Assembly: GCA_031370785.1 (NCBI GenBank)
Contig: JANMQY010000060.1
Coordinates: 47,889 to 111,888, forward strand
Reading direction: 5' to 3'
DNA from: Candidatus Eiseniibacteriota bacterium
GTDB lineage: Bacteria; Eisenbacteria; RBG-16-71-46
Length of the DNA stretch: 64,000 bases
The notes below the pieces were generated by a model, which saw nothing but the letters and a program-made list of their open reading frames with translations, ran no database searches and was not told where the DNA came from. Of this stretch, positions 1-12,153 are shown in pieces. Each line of letters begins with the position of its first letter. The stretch's first letter is position 1. The position numbers were made by a program, and so were the translations under genes.

Positions 1-2
1 CG

Positions 3-782
3 CTGCGCGAGCGCGCCGGGATGGATCGGCTCCGCCTGTTCGTCTCGGGCGCCGCGACTCTTCCTCCCGAACTGTTCTGGGGATTCATCGATCTGGGCTG
101 GCCGGTGCTCGAGGGATACGGGCTCACCGAATGCTCGCCGGTGGTGGCGGCGAATCGTCCCGGGCATCCACGCACGGGTGCGGTCGGCTGGCCGCTGATC
201 GGCGTCGACGTGCGCATCGATCGACCGGACGCCGAGGGCAACGGCGAGATCGCCGTTCGCGGGCCAAACGTGATGCTCGGCTACTATGGCGATCCGCAGG
301 GCACCGCCGAAGTGCTGCGCGAGGGCTGGTTCTACACCGGCGACCTGGGCCAGTTCACCGTGGACGGTCGGGTGCGCATCACCGGACGTCTCAAGAACAT
401 GATCGCGACCGCGGCGGGGAAGAAGATCTATCCGGAGGAGATCGAGACGCAGCTCTCCGGCTCTCCCTACATTCTCGAAGTGGTCGTCGCCAGTGGCCGT
501 GATGCGCGCGGTGAGCGCGAAGAGGTCCATGCCCACGTGCTGCCGAACCTGTCCGCGCTCGAAGCGCTGGCGACTTCGACCAGGGCCCGGTTCGACGATG
601 CGTTTGTCGAGAGCGTGCTGCGCCGCGAAGTCGAGGCGCGCTGCCAGCCGCTCGCGCCATTCAAGCGGGTGAAGCGAGTGATCGTGCGTCGCCAGGAATT
701 CCCGAGGACCACGACCGGAAAGATCCGGCGACAGGACCTGGCCGCGGAGCAATCGGGCACGCACGCATCGGCAGTCGCCTGA
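3..782 (+). CDS. Long-chain acyl-CoA synthetase / AMP-binding enzyme, 3' part (begins before the window)
   Basis: ANL-superfamily motifs EGYGLTE, GEIAVRGPNVMLGYY, GWFYTGDLG, GRLKNMI and the terminal PRTTTGKIRR lysine loop; frame is open to the window edge. Confidence 0.9.
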   Translation: MRERAGMDRLRLFVSGAATLPPELFWGFIDLGWPVLEGYGLTECSPVVAANRPGHPRTGAVGWPLIGVDVRIDRPDAEGNGEIAVRGPNVMLGYYGDPQGTAEVLREGWFYTGDLGQFTVDGRVRITGRLKNMIATAAGKKIYPEEIETQLSGSPYILEVVVASGRDARGEREEVHAHVLPNLSALEALATSTRARFDDAFVESVLRREVEARCQPLAPFKRVKRVIVRRQEFPRTTTGKIRRQDLAAEQSGTHASAVA

Positions 783-786
783 CGCC

Positions 787-1269
787 ATGTCCATCGACCC
801 GATTCCGACCGTCTCGATCAGCAGGGTGATGGGCCTTCTCGAAGTGCTGGAAGACGCGGGCGGGCGCTACGACGTCTTTCGACTGGCTCGCGACATCAAC
901 TACGAGTTCGGCGAGATCCTGATGGTGATCAAGGCCGCCGAGCTGCTCGATCTGGTGGTGACGCCGGGTGCGGACGTCGTGCTCACCGGCACCGGCAGCG
1001 CGCTCCTGCGCGCGAAGGTGAATGCGCGCAAGAAGCTGCTCAAGGAGCAGATCAAGAAGCTGCCGCTGTTTCGAACCGTTGTCGAAGTGCTGATGCGCAG
1101 CGAAGACCGGCGCACCGACGAGAGCACGTTTCTCGAGATCTTCGCGCTGCACCTGCCGGCCGAGTCGGCCGAGGCTCTGCTGAAGACGGTGATCGACTGG
1201 GGTCGATACACCGAGCTGCTGGGCTACAGCCCCGACGACAAGCAGCTCTATCTCGATCAGCCCGACTGA
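787..1269 (+). CDS. Stand-alone AAA-associated C-terminal domain protein (domain normally fused to NitT/TauT-type ABC ATPases)
   Basis: Pattern GLLEVL..GGRYD...LA...AAELL...LT..G...IDWGRYTELLGY recognised as this domain; starts 4 nt after the synthetase stop. Confidence 0.7.
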   Translation: MSIDPIPTVSISRVMGLLEVLEDAGGRYDVFRLARDINYEFGEILMVIKAAELLDLVVTPGADVVLTGTGSALLRAKVNARKKLLKEQIKKLPLFRTVVEVLMRSEDRRTDESTFLEIFALHLPAESAEALLKTVIDWGRYTELLGYSPDDKQLYLDQPD

Positions 1270-1272
1270 AGG

Positions 1273-1656
1273 CTACTTGCCGAGCTTGGTCTCCGGCTGG
1301 TAGATCACTTCGCCGTTGCCATCGATGGTCATGACGTGGCGCTGCACCATCGGCCCCTTCGGAACCATCCCGCCGCTCCAGTGCGATTCGCCGACGCGAT
1401 CCGACCACTGCCAAACCAGCTCGAACGACGCGTCGCGGCTCACCTTGAACGGGAATACGACGCGTTCGTTGTCCGCCAGAGTCTCCTTGACGAACGTCTG
1501 GCCGTCGATGATCACGCGAATGCGCTCGAGGCGATGTCCGGAGTTGTTCACGACCACCGCATCGTGGGAAGCCGTGCGGTTGGTGAGCTCGGGATAGTGC
1601 TTCCACCCATACCACGCGGCTGCCACGACCAGCACCAGCAAAAACAGTCTCTTCAT
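1273..1656 (-). CDS. Small secreted or membrane-anchored hypothetical protein
   Basis: N-terminal MKRLFLLVLVVAAAWYGW anchor, GGAGGG RBS before ATG 1656, beta-rich body. Confidence 0.7.
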   Translation of the reverse strand: MKRLFLLVLVVAAAWYGWKHYPELTNRTASHDAVVVNNSGHRLERIRVIIDGQTFVKETLADNERVVFPFKVSRDASFELVWQWSDRVGESHWSGGMVPKGPMVQRHVMTIDGNGEVIYQPETKLGK

Positions 1657-1792
1657 GAATCCCTCCATGGAGAATGTCCCGGCTTCCTGCCAGGCACGCG
1701 CGTCACCCTAATCGCGCCCACCGCCGCGCGCAAGGGTTGACGCACCAGCGAGGGCGTCGCGACGACGCCCGAGCGAGCGCATGACCCGCGCG

Positions 1793-3088
1793 TCAATCAG
1801 GAGTCGGGCCGCCCGCGAGCCGGGCAGCGACCTCTTCGCTCGGCGCGGGCGCGTACTCGCCTTCGGGAAGCTTGCGGAACGAGAGATAGAACGTGACCGC
1901 CGCGCAGAAGTAGAGACCGGCGGTGATGTAGAAGGGGACTGCATATCCAAAGCGCTGGATCACCAGGCCCGCCAGCGTCGCGCTCGCGGCCCATCCGATG
2001 TTCCACACCAGGTTGTTCAGGCTGGTCGAGCGCGCCCTGAGCGAAGGAGGCAGAGCCTCCATCACGAACGCCTGCACCAGCGGCGTCGAGGCCTGCATCA
2101 GCGAGGCGCGGCACCAGAACGAGACCACGGCGATTCCGAGATGGCGCTCGGCTCCGAGCGTGACCAGAAATGGCAGCGACAGGAGCTCACTGGCGGTCGC
2201 GGTGCGCAGCTTGCCGTAGCGTCGCGCGATCGCAGGCCCGAGCAGTGCGGCGACCGCGGTGCAGATCTGGGCGATCGAGAAGAACATCCCGATCTGGGCG
2301 CTCGAACACTGAAAGCGCGTGGCGAAGTATAGATTCATGAACGGAATCACGAGCCCGGCGCCGATCCCGATCAGAAACGCATTCAGTGCGATCGGGTACA
2401 GACGCCACGTTTCCTCTGGCGCAGAGTCCGTGCGCACATGCTCGATCGGGGCCTCGACCACGTGCCGCAGGCGAAGCAGCGGAACCACCGAGGCCAGTGC
2501 GATCAGCGCACCGAAGGTGAGCGTCAGTCGGTAGGCGACGATCACGGTCGGCTGCGTTCCCGTGGGCAGCGCGCGGAAAGCCTCGGGCAGCCAGCCGCCG
2601 ACGAGGCTGCCCACCACGCCGGCGAGCAGCTCGGAGGCGAAGAACGCGCTGAACAGGTGCGTACGCTCGCGGGGCGTCGAGTGCTCGGTCAAGAATGGCG
2701 CAGCGGCGATGGCGAGCAGCGACTGGCCCGCCCCGGCAATGAAGCTCGAGCCGTAGATCACTGCCGGCACCATCACGGTCGCGCGCAGCAGCAGGCTCAC
2801 ACCCTCGAGCACTCCGCCGAGGATCAGGCAGCGACGGCGTCCCCAGCGATCGGCCAGCCACCCGGCCGGAAGCGCGGTGACGGCGAGCCCCACGCCGCCG
2901 AGCGAGATGGCGCGGCCGATGAACGCCTCGTTGTAGCCGCCCTCGACCAGGTACAGGTTGAACAGCACCTGAAAGACGCCCTGGCCGGTCCACGCCAGCA
3001 GCACGGCGAGCAGGAACTGTCGCGCCGGCGGAGAAAAGCTGCGCGCGGCGTCACGGTAGTCTCTCCATACCGCTCGTATCGGGCTCAC
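1793..3088 (-). CDS. MFS transporter
   Basis: About 12 hydrophobic segments; MFS motif A GWLADRWGRR. Confidence 0.9.
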   Translation of the reverse strand: MSPIRAVWRDYRDAARSFSPPARQFLLAVLLAWTGQGVFQVLFNLYLVEGGYNEAFIGRAISLGGVGLAVTALPAGWLADRWGRRRCLILGGVLEGVSLLLRATVMVPAVIYGSSFIAGAGQSLLAIAAAPFLTEHSTPRERTHLFSAFFASELLAGVVGSLVGGWLPEAFRALPTGTQPTVIVAYRLTLTFGALIALASVVPLLRLRHVVEAPIEHVRTDSAPEETWRLYPIALNAFLIGIGAGLVIPFMNLYFATRFQCSSAQIGMFFSIAQICTAVAALLGPAIARRYGKLRTATASELLSLPFLVTLGAERHLGIAVVSFWCRASLMQASTPLVQAFVMEALPPSLRARSTSLNNLVWNIGWAASATLAGLVIQRFGYAVPFYITAGLYFCAAVTFYLSFRKLPEGEYAPAPSEEVAARLAGGPTPD

Positions 3089-3101
3089 GGCGCTCTCATG
3101 C

Positions 3102-3129
3102 GAACGGCGGCCCGTGAAGGCCGCCGTTC
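3102..3129. terminator. Perfect 11-bp GC hairpin between the XRE regulator and the MFS gene (terminator or RNA stabiliser)
   Basis: GAACGGCGGCC-cgtgaa-GGCCGCCGTTC; no clear U-tract. Confidence 0.4.
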
Positions 3130-3153
3130 AGGCTCACAGGAGGATGCGGGTGA

Positions 3154-3762
3154 TCAGCCGGCGTTGCTGCCCACCGGCAGAGCTTCTGGCTCGAGGCGTG
3201 TCTCGCGTACGCGGATCAGCGGCTCGAACGCGGCGGGCGTGATCGCGATGAGCACTCGCGCCGTGCCCGTGCCCGCGTTTTCGACCGCGTGCGGCGTGCG
3301 TCCGTCGTAGTGGCACGAGTCACCGGCCTCGAGCACCGTCGCGTAGTCGCCACAGCTGATGCTGACGCGGCCCTCGAGACACACCACGCACTCCTCGCCG
3401 TGATGGTAGTGGCGCTTGTCGCCGGCGGAAAGTCCGGGCGGAAGCTCGGCCATGAGCAGCTCGAGATTGCGCTTGGGCTGTGCTGAGAGCACTTCGACCC
3501 GCGAGGTATTGCCGCCGACCTGAACGCGCGGCCGCTCGGCGACGCGCACCACGTGCGGCTGCTGCTCCTCCTCGACCACGAGGTAGGCGACCGAGGTTTC
3601 GAGCGCGCGCGCCAGATCACGGAGCGTGGCCAGGGAGGGTGAGGTGCGGTCGTTCTCGACCTGGCTGATGAATCCCTTGGAGAGGTTGCTGGCCTCGGCA
3701 AGCTGCTGAACGGTGAGGCCACGCCGCAGCCGCACATCGCGGATCTTCTTGCCGAGCTGCAT
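3154..3762 (-). CDS. XRE-family HTH regulator with C-terminal cupin domain (PuuR/SutR-like)
   Basis: HTH LTVQQLAEASNLSKGFISQVENDRTSPSL; cupin HYHHGEE...GDSCHYDGRTPH. Confidence 0.9.
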   Translation of the reverse strand: MQLGKKIRDVRLRRGLTVQQLAEASNLSKGFISQVENDRTSPSLATLRDLARALETSVAYLVVEEEQQPHVVRVAERPRVQVGGNTSRVEVLSAQPKRNLELLMAELPPGLSAGDKRHYHHGEECVVCLEGRVSISCGDYATVLEAGDSCHYDGRTPHAVENAGTGTARVLIAITPAAFEPLIRVRETRLEPEALPVGSNAG

Positions 3763-3800
3763 CAGCCACCCCACGAGGGTTTAGGTGGGCAAATTTTCGT

Positions 3801-3835
3801 TTACCAAGGCTATGTCAGGTTTATTGGTAAGTCAA
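3801..3835 (-). promoter_or_regulatory. Sigma70-type promoter for the XRE-cupin gene with overlapping inverted repeat
   Basis: Minus strand TTGACT(3835-3830)-17 bp-TAGCCT(3812-3807); inverted repeat TTACCAA(3801-3807)/TTGGTAA(3824-3830). Confidence 0.6.
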
Positions 3836-5755
3836 CAACTGAGGCGCTGCTGACGCTCAAATCGTCGTCCTGCGCGACCGCCCGGTCGGACCTGGTGGAA
3901 CGCGCCCCGAGGAACTGGAGCTGATAGAGACGTGAGTAGATTCCGCCCCGCGCCAGCAGCTCGGCGTGCGTGCCGACCTCGCGAACCCGCCCGCGGTGCA
4001 GCACCACGATGCGGTTGACGTCCTGAATCGTGGACAACCGATGCGCGATCACGAGGCAGGTGCGGCCGCGCATCAGCCGGCGCAGCGCGTCCTGGATCAA
4101 CTGCTCGGTGTGGGTGTCGACCGACGAGGTCGCTTCGTCCAGAATGAGCAGGCGCGGGTCGCGGACCAGGGTGCGGGCGAAGGCCAACAGCTGCTTCTGC
4201 CCGGCCGAGAGCGTCGCGCCGCGCTCCCGCACCACCGCGTCGTATCCGCCGGGCAGAGCCATGATGAACTCGTGCGCGTGCACTTCGCGGGCGGCGCGCT
4301 CAATCGCCTCGCGGCTCAGCGAGCGGTCGCCGAGCCGCAGGTTGCTCTCGATCGTGCCGCTGAACAGGAACACGTCCTGCAGCACCAGCCCGATGTGACG
4401 GCGCAGGGTGCGCGCATCCCAGCTCTCGAGCGGATGGCCGTCGACGCGGATCGAGCCTTCCTGCGGCGCGTAGAAGCGCATCAGCAGGCTCGTGAGTGTG
4501 GTCTTTCCGGATCCGGTCGCGCCGACCAGCGCGACACGCTCGCCCGGCTGGATGACCAGCGAGACGTCTTCGAGCACGCGATTCTCCCCGTCGTAGGAGA
4601 AGGAGACGCGGTCGTACTCGATGTGGCCGGAGAACGCGGAGTCGCCCGCGCCGTCTGCCGCGGGCTCGGACTGTCGGCCGACGTGCCGGCCGACCAATAC
4701 GGGGCGGGCCTCCAGCGCAGGCCCATTTCGCATGCCGGAGTGTGCGGCTCCCGGGGCGAGCGCCGGGTCCTCGGGCGCGTCGAGAAGTTGGAAGATGCGC
4801 TCGGCCGAGGCCATGGCCTGCTGAAGGATGTTGTACTTCTCGCTCAGGTCCGAGATCGGACGGAAGAAGCGCTGGGTATACTGGATGAACGCGACCAGAG
4901 TCCCCAGGGTGATGCCGGTCCACATCACCTGGCGGCCGCCGTACCAGACGATCAGCGAGACCGCGAGCGCGCCCACCAGTTCGAGCACCGGAAAGAACAC
5001 CGCGTGGTAGAACACGGCCCTCAGGTTGGCGTCGCGGTGCCCGGCATTCACCTCGCGGAACTGTTCGTAGTTGCGAGGCTCGCGGTTGAGCATCTGCACC
5101 GTGCTCATGCCGGTGAGGTTCTCATTGAGGAACGCGTTGAGCCGGGCCAGGCGCGTGCGGATGTCGCGGAACGAGGCGCGCACCCTGGAGCGGAACACGA
5201 TGGTCACGATCGCGATCAGCGGCAGGACCGAGAAGGTCACGACCAGGAGCTCGACGTTGAGCTGCGACATCGCGAATATGATCCCGATCAGCGCGAACAG
5301 GTCGCCGAACAGCGCGACCACGCCCGCGGTGACCAGCTCGTTCAGGACATCGACGTCGTTGGTGACGCGCGTCATCAGCCGTCCGATCGGGTTGCGATCG
5401 TAGTAGGAGATCGGCAGGCGCTGCAGCTTGGCGAAGAGCGCGGTGCGCAGGTCGAGCATCACCTGCTGGCCGACGCGCTGCATGAGCTGGTTGTGCAGAT
5501 AGCCCAGCCCGAACCCGATCCCGAGCACGGCCAGAAACAGGAGCGCGACGTTGTCGAGGAACATGAGATCCCGGTGGCGGATCCCGTTGTCGATCGCCTC
5601 CTTGGTCAACCACGGAAAGACCAGCTGCACCAGCGCATCCGCGATCACGACCAGCCCGGCGAACAGCACGCGCCCGCGATAGGGCGCGAGGTATCCGAGC
5701 AGGCGCCGCATCAGGCGCTGGTCGTAGGCGCGTCCCAACACCTCGTCTTCGTGGC

Positions 5756-5759
<4 letters not shown>
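3810..5759 (-). CDS. ABC exporter TMD-NBD subunit (MdlB/TmrAB-like heterodimer, consensus-site partner)
   Basis: GTG start overlapping the upstream TGA (GTGA); 6-TM domain; Walker A GATGSGKT, signature LSAGQKQ, Walker B ILDEAT, H-loop IAHRL. Confidence 0.9.
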
Positions 5760-7504
<1,745 letters not shown>

Positions 7505-7554
7505 AGGAGATGCCTCCGGACCCGGAAGTCGCGGACGGCCGGATCCCGCGCGCC

Positions 7555-8451
7555 TCAGGGCTTGCGCGTTCCGCCGAGGAAGCCTTGCAGGCGGTTCAGC
7601 CGGGTCTGCTTGACCGCCACGCCCACGTAGACCTGATCAACGTGCAGCGCGTTCCTTGATTTGGCGGTGTGCAGCGATCCGCCGATCAGGTCGAGGTGGT
7701 CGCCCACACGATACACCAGCATGGGCCCGGACAGTTGAGTCGTGATCTGGGCGTTGGTCGTCCCCGGGATGCCGTCGCCGGACAGTGCGATGAACGTGTC
7801 CTTGTCGCCGGGCTTCGCTCCGAAGGAGCCTCGATAGCGACCGGCGACGAGCAGCTTCTGCCCCAGCCAGAAGCCCAGCGTCACCCCTGCGAGGGTCTGG
7901 TCGGTCGGCGCATGCTTGTCCAGGTAGTAGCGGTAGCCGCCCGACAGCTCGAAGAATCCCCGTCCGCCGAGCGCAGTCCCCAGCTCGAGCGAACCCAAGA
8001 AGCTCTGGCGACCTTCGCCCAGGTGCGGGTTCAGCGCGCGGTCGTAGCCCATCGGCGCGAGCCACTGCACTTCGAGCGCGGCGTTCGGGACCAGACGCCT
8101 GCGCACCCCGAAGCGCAGGTCGCCGAATCCGGTCTCGGTCGCGTTGAACCCCCCGGCCGCGCCCGTCCGCCGGCTGACGCTCAGCGCCGGGATCTCGAGA
8201 AACGCCGACATGTTCTTCTTCCAGCCGAACTCGTTGTAAGAGACGATTCCGCGCTCTTCGTGCAATCCGCCTGAGTTGAGCGGGCTGCGGACTCCGGTCA
8301 GATCGTAGTAGCTGTCGGCGGAGAAGACGCTCGCGCGCAGCTCGTAGTGGCGGTCGCCGGGCTCCGGAAGCCAGGGATCGGCGAGCGCCGGGCCCGAAGC
8401 GAGGAGCACGGCGGTGAAGAGCAGCGAAGATGCGGCAGAGCGCGCGATCAT
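7555..8451 (-). CDS. Exported hypothetical protein, probable outer-membrane beta-barrel
   Basis: Signal peptide ending ALA-DPW; alternating aromatic/Gly beta strands; GFGDLRFGVRR motif. Confidence 0.6.
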   Translation of the reverse strand: MIARSAASSLLFTAVLLASGPALADPWLPEPGDRHYELRASVFSADSYYDLTGVRSPLNSGGLHEERGIVSYNEFGWKKNMSAFLEIPALSVSRRTGAAGGFNATETGFGDLRFGVRRRLVPNAALEVQWLAPMGYDRALNPHLGEGRQSFLGSLELGTALGGRGFFELSGGYRYYLDKHAPTDQTLAGVTLGFWLGQKLLVAGRYRGSFGAKPGDKDTFIALSGDGIPGTTNAQITTQLSGPMLVYRVGDHLDLIGGSLHTAKSRNALHVDQVYVGVAVKQTRLNRLQGFLGGTRKP

Positions 8452-8573
8452 GTGGGGAAGCGGACCTCCGGTGGGGTGTGCGGTCAGCGAGTCCGCGGAG
8501 ACTATCCGCGTGTCGCGATGCGTGCAAGCGTTTCGTTCGCGCCGCGCGTGGCGCTGTGGCACCATGCGCCGTC

Positions 8574-9584
8574 GTGGAAACCCTGTGCGTGCTTGTGTTC
8601 ATCCGCGATCCCGAAGGTGTGTGGACGCTCCCGCATTCGGCGCTCGCCGCGCTCGAGCGCGAATTCCCGGCGGTCCGATTCATCGCGCCCGCGGATCGCG
8701 CGGAAGCCGATGCGCGCCTTCCCGAAGCCGACGTCGTGCTCGGCTGGGCGGTGACGCCGCGCAATTTCGCCACCGCGAAGCGCCTGCGCTGGATCCACGT
8801 CACCGCCGCGGGCGTCGGCGCCCAGCTCTTCCCGGAGCTCGCGGCCTCCGACGTCGCGCTCACCAACGGCCGCGGCCTGCACTCCGCCTCGATGGCCGAG
8901 CACACGCTCGGCGTGATGCTCGCGTTCGCGCGCAAGCTTCATCTCGCGCGCGATGCGCAGGGCGAGCGGCGCTGGACGCAGCGCGAGCTCTGGACCGGGC
9001 AGCCACCGTTCGCTGCGCTCGCGGGCGCGACGCTCGGGCTGGTCGGCCTGGGCCGGGTGGGCGAAGCAGTCGCCGCCGGTGCCCGCGCGCTGGGCATGCG
9101 AGTGCTCGCGGTGCGCCGCCGTCCGGCGCGCGGGAACACGCCCGCCGCCGCGGCTTCTTCGGCGCACGAGCAGTGGGGGCTCGAGCGCCTGGCGGATCTG
9201 CTCGAGGCCTCGGACTGGGTCGTGCTCGCCGCGCCGCTCACCGCCGACACCCGGCACCTGATCGGGGCGGCACAGCTCGCGCAGATGAAGCGCGAGGCGG
9301 TGCTCATCAATCTCGGGCGCGGCGCGCTCATCGACGAGCGTGCGCTGATCGCGGCGCTGGCCGAGGGTCGCATCGCCGGCGCGGGCCTCGACGTCTTCGA
9401 AGAGGAGCCACTGCCCCAGGGCAGTCCGCTGTGGAGCATGCCGCAGGTCATCGTCACGCCGCACATCTCGGGACTGGGCCCTCGCTACTGGGAGCGCGCG
9501 ATGGAACAGTTCTCTGCGCACCTGCGAGCGTTTCTCGAGAAGCGCGCGCTCGAAAACCTGGTGGACAAGAGGGCGGGGTACTGA
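8574..9584 (+). CDS. D-2-hydroxyacid dehydrogenase family protein
   Basis: GLVGLGRVG Rossmann motif, LINLGRG, AGLDVFEEEP, TPHISG catalytic His; start codon uncertain. Confidence 0.9.
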   Translation: METLCVLVFIRDPEGVWTLPHSALAALEREFPAVRFIAPADRAEADARLPEADVVLGWAVTPRNFATAKRLRWIHVTAAGVGAQLFPELAASDVALTNGRGLHSASMAEHTLGVMLAFARKLHLARDAQGERRWTQRELWTGQPPFAALAGATLGLVGLGRVGEAVAAGARALGMRVLAVRRRPARGNTPAAAASSAHEQWGLERLADLLEASDWVVLAAPLTADTRHLIGAAQLAQMKREAVLINLGRGALIDERALIAALAEGRIAGAGLDVFEEEPLPQGSPLWSMPQVIVTPHISGLGPRYWERAMEQFSAHLRAFLEKRALENLVDKRAGY

Positions 9585-10195
9585 TGCGCGTCCCTCTGGG
9601 CGTGATCGTCGCCGGCGGCCGTGGCGTGCGACTTGGCTCGGGCCCCAAGGCTCTTGTCGTTCTCGAGGGACGCACCCTCCTCGATCGAGCGATCGAGACG
9701 CTGTCCCGATGTTGCGAGGAGTGGGTCGTTGCGACGGCGCCCGACATCGAGCTGCCAGTGGACGGCGCGCGGCTCGTCCACGACGCGCCCGGAAGCGGGG
9801 GCCCGCTCGCCGGCGTCGCGGCCGCGCTCTCAGCGCGCGAGCCGACCGACACTCTGGTGCTGGGCGTGGACTTCCCGCTCGCCCGGCCGCAGGCCCTTGC
9901 CGCGCTGGCGGCACGGCGCGGGAATTCTCCGGCGGTGCTGCCGGCTCCCGGGGGTTCGCCGCAACCGCTCGCGGCGGTCTACGGCACCGCGGCGTGCGCG
10001 GCGCTGAGGTGCGCGCTTGCGGAGGGCGAGACGTCGATCCGGCGCGCGGCGCTCGCGCTGGGGCCCCTGATCCTCGATGACGTCGCGCTCGCCGCACTCG
10101 AAGGCGGCTCCGAGAATTTCTTCAACGTGAACACTTCCGAAGATCTCGCCGAGGCGGCGCGCATGCTCGCGGCCCGAGCCGGAGCCCCGCGATGA
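9584..10195 (+). CDS. mobA: Molybdenum cofactor guanylyltransferase
   Basis: VAGGRGVRLG..KAL, GPLAG, VDFP, QPLAAVY, FFNVNT motifs; TGATG coupling. Confidence 0.85.
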   Translation: MRVPLGVIVAGGRGVRLGSGPKALVVLEGRTLLDRAIETLSRCCEEWVVATAPDIELPVDGARLVHDAPGSGGPLAGVAAALSAREPTDTLVLGVDFPLARPQALAALAARRGNSPAVLPAPGGSPQPLAAVYGTAACAALRCALAEGETSIRRAALALGPLILDDVALAALEGGSENFFNVNTSEDLAEAARMLAARAGAPR

Positions 10196-11493
10196 GTCCC
10201 GGCGATCGAATCCGCCCGGCGAGCGATCCCAGGCTCGCGAATTCCGAGCGCTCGGGCGGCGTCCCGCTCACCAGCGTGCTGCCCGCGCTGCGCTCGCTCG
10301 AGCCGCAGGCGCGGGCGTGCTGGGTCTACGACATCGATGCGTTCGTCGCGCGCGCGCGGCGCTTCCGCGCGGCGTTCGCGCCACTCGCTCCGCTGATCGC
10401 CTACGCGATCAAGGCGAACGGTCTGCCGGCGCTGCTCGAAGAAGCGCTTCGCGCGGGGCTCGGCGCCGACGCCGGCTCGCTCGGCGAGCTCGAGCTTGCC
10501 GCTCGGGCGGGGTTCGCGCCCGCCGGGCGCGCGCTCAACGGCAATGGGCGGACGGCCGAGGAAGCGGCATGGGTCGCGCGTCACGGGGTGGCGCTGGTCA
10601 ACGCCGATCACGTGCCCGAGCTCGACCTGCTGGAGCGCGAAAGCGCGGCGGCGGGGGTGCGGCTGCGCGTGGCGCTCAGGGTCAATCCCGGGATCGCGAC
10701 GCCGGGACATCGCTACGTCTCGACCGGCGGCGACGAGGCGAAGTTCGGGATCGGCCCGGGCGAGGCGCTCGAAGCGTGGGCGGCGCGCGCACGCTGGCCC
10801 CATCTCACGCTCGACGGCGTGCAGGTGCACGTCGGCTCACAGCTGATGGAAGCGGGGCCGCTCGAGCGCGCGCTCGATACCGTGCTCGAGCTGATGAAGG
10901 AGAGCGCGCAGCGCGGCGCGCCACTTCGGCTCGTCAACCTGGGCGGCGGCTTCGGGGTGAACTATTCGGGCACCGGCGGCGAGTTCCCGCTCGAGGAGCA
11001 CGCACGATCCGTCGTCGAGCGCGCCACGCCCCTCGCGCTCGAATGGGTGCTGGAGCCAGGGCGATGGCTGGTCGCTCCGATCGGGACACTGCTCGCCGAG
11101 GTGCTGTGGGAGAAGCGACGCGACGGCCGGCGCTTCGTGGTGCTCGCGGCAGGAATGAACGATCTGATCCGGCCGGCGCTCTACGGGGCCGAGCATCGGA
11201 TCGAAGCGCTCGTGCCGCGCGGGGGCGCGCTCACGCCCGCCACCGTCGTCGGGCCGGTCTGCGAGAGCGCGGATGTGTTCGCGAGGGAGGTGGCACTGCC
11301 GCCGCTCGAGCCCGGAGACGTGGTCGCGATCCGCGACGTGGGAGCGTATGGCGCGAGCATGTCCTCGAACTACAACGGTCGGGGCCGACTCGCGGAGCTG
11401 GTCGCGGCCGGCGGCGCGCTCACGCGCGCCCGTGCAGGCGAAACGCCGGCAGACCTTTCGGCCCGCCGGCGTTCGGACGATCTCTCGTGGTGA
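10192..11493 (+). CDS. lysA: Diaminopimelate decarboxylase
   Basis: PLP lysine YAIKAN, KFGI, HVGSQ, NLGGG, EPGR, GPVCESAD, GAYGASMSSNYN. Confidence 0.9.
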   Translation: MSPGDRIRPASDPRLANSERSGGVPLTSVLPALRSLEPQARACWVYDIDAFVARARRFRAAFAPLAPLIAYAIKANGLPALLEEALRAGLGADAGSLGELELAARAGFAPAGRALNGNGRTAEEAAWVARHGVALVNADHVPELDLLERESAAAGVRLRVALRVNPGIATPGHRYVSTGGDEAKFGIGPGEALEAWAARARWPHLTLDGVQVHVGSQLMEAGPLERALDTVLELMKESAQRGAPLRLVNLGGGFGVNYSGTGGEFPLEEHARSVVERATPLALEWVLEPGRWLVAPIGTLLAEVLWEKRRDGRRFVVLAAGMNDLIRPALYGAEHRIEALVPRGGALTPATVVGPVCESADVFAREVALPPLEPGDVVAIRDVGAYGASMSSNYNGRGRLAELVAAGGALTRARAGETPADLSARRRSDDLSW

Positions 11494-11503
11494 TCGAGTT
11501 CTT

Positions 11504-12151
11504 CTAGAGCGCGAGGCGCGGGCGCACCGCGACCAGCAGCACCGCAGGATTGGACGCGAGATTCAGGTACGAATGCGAGCGATGCGCGCGGAAGTGCACC
11601 GAGTCGCCCTCGCGCAGCACGTAGGACTTGCCGTCGACACGGATCTCGGCGACGCCGGACAGCACGGTCGCCCACTCCTCGCCCTCGTGATGATGGGTGA
11701 GCGCCGGTTCGCGCCGGATGGGCAGCGTCATGATCTGCGCCCCGATCGCTCCGCACTGCACCGGTTCGGTCACCGACTCGAGCAGCGCCGCGCCCCACTG
11801 CACGCGCCGATCCTGCCGCTCGTCGGCGCGCATCACCGAAACCTCGGGCAGCACACGCGGCTCGACCAGCGTCGCCGGGCGCATGTCGAGCGCGCGCGCG
11901 ATGCGGCCGAGCGCGCCCACCGTCGGTGATGCCTTTCCGCGCTCGATCTCGGAGACGTGCGTGGCCGAGATGCCGCCACGCTCCTCGAGGTCCTTAAGCG
12001 TGAGCCCGCGGGAGACGCGCAGCAGCTTGATACGGCGGCCCAGCTCGCTCGGCGAGGGATCGCGCGGGCGCAGCCCGGCACTGGACTCGCGAGGCATCGT
12101 GTTTTCGTTGAGGCTGCTGGATTCGGTCGGCTCGATGGGGGGGGTGCGCAT
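11504..12151 (-). CDS. XRE-cupin transcriptional regulator (intact cupin His motif)
   Basis: HTH SATHVSEIERGKASPTVGAL; cupin HHHEGEE...GDSVHF...H; start could be at 12097. Confidence 0.88.
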   Translation of the reverse strand: MRTPPIEPTESSSLNENTMPRESSAGLRPRDPSPSELGRRIKLLRVSRGLTLKDLEERGGISATHVSEIERGKASPTVGALGRIARALDMRPATLVEPRVLPEVSVMRADERQDRRVQWGAALLESVTEPVQCGAIGAQIMTLPIRREPALTHHHEGEEWATVLSGVAEIRVDGKSYVLREGDSVHFRAHRSHSYLNLASNPAVLLVAVRPRLAL

Positions 12152-12153
12152 GG

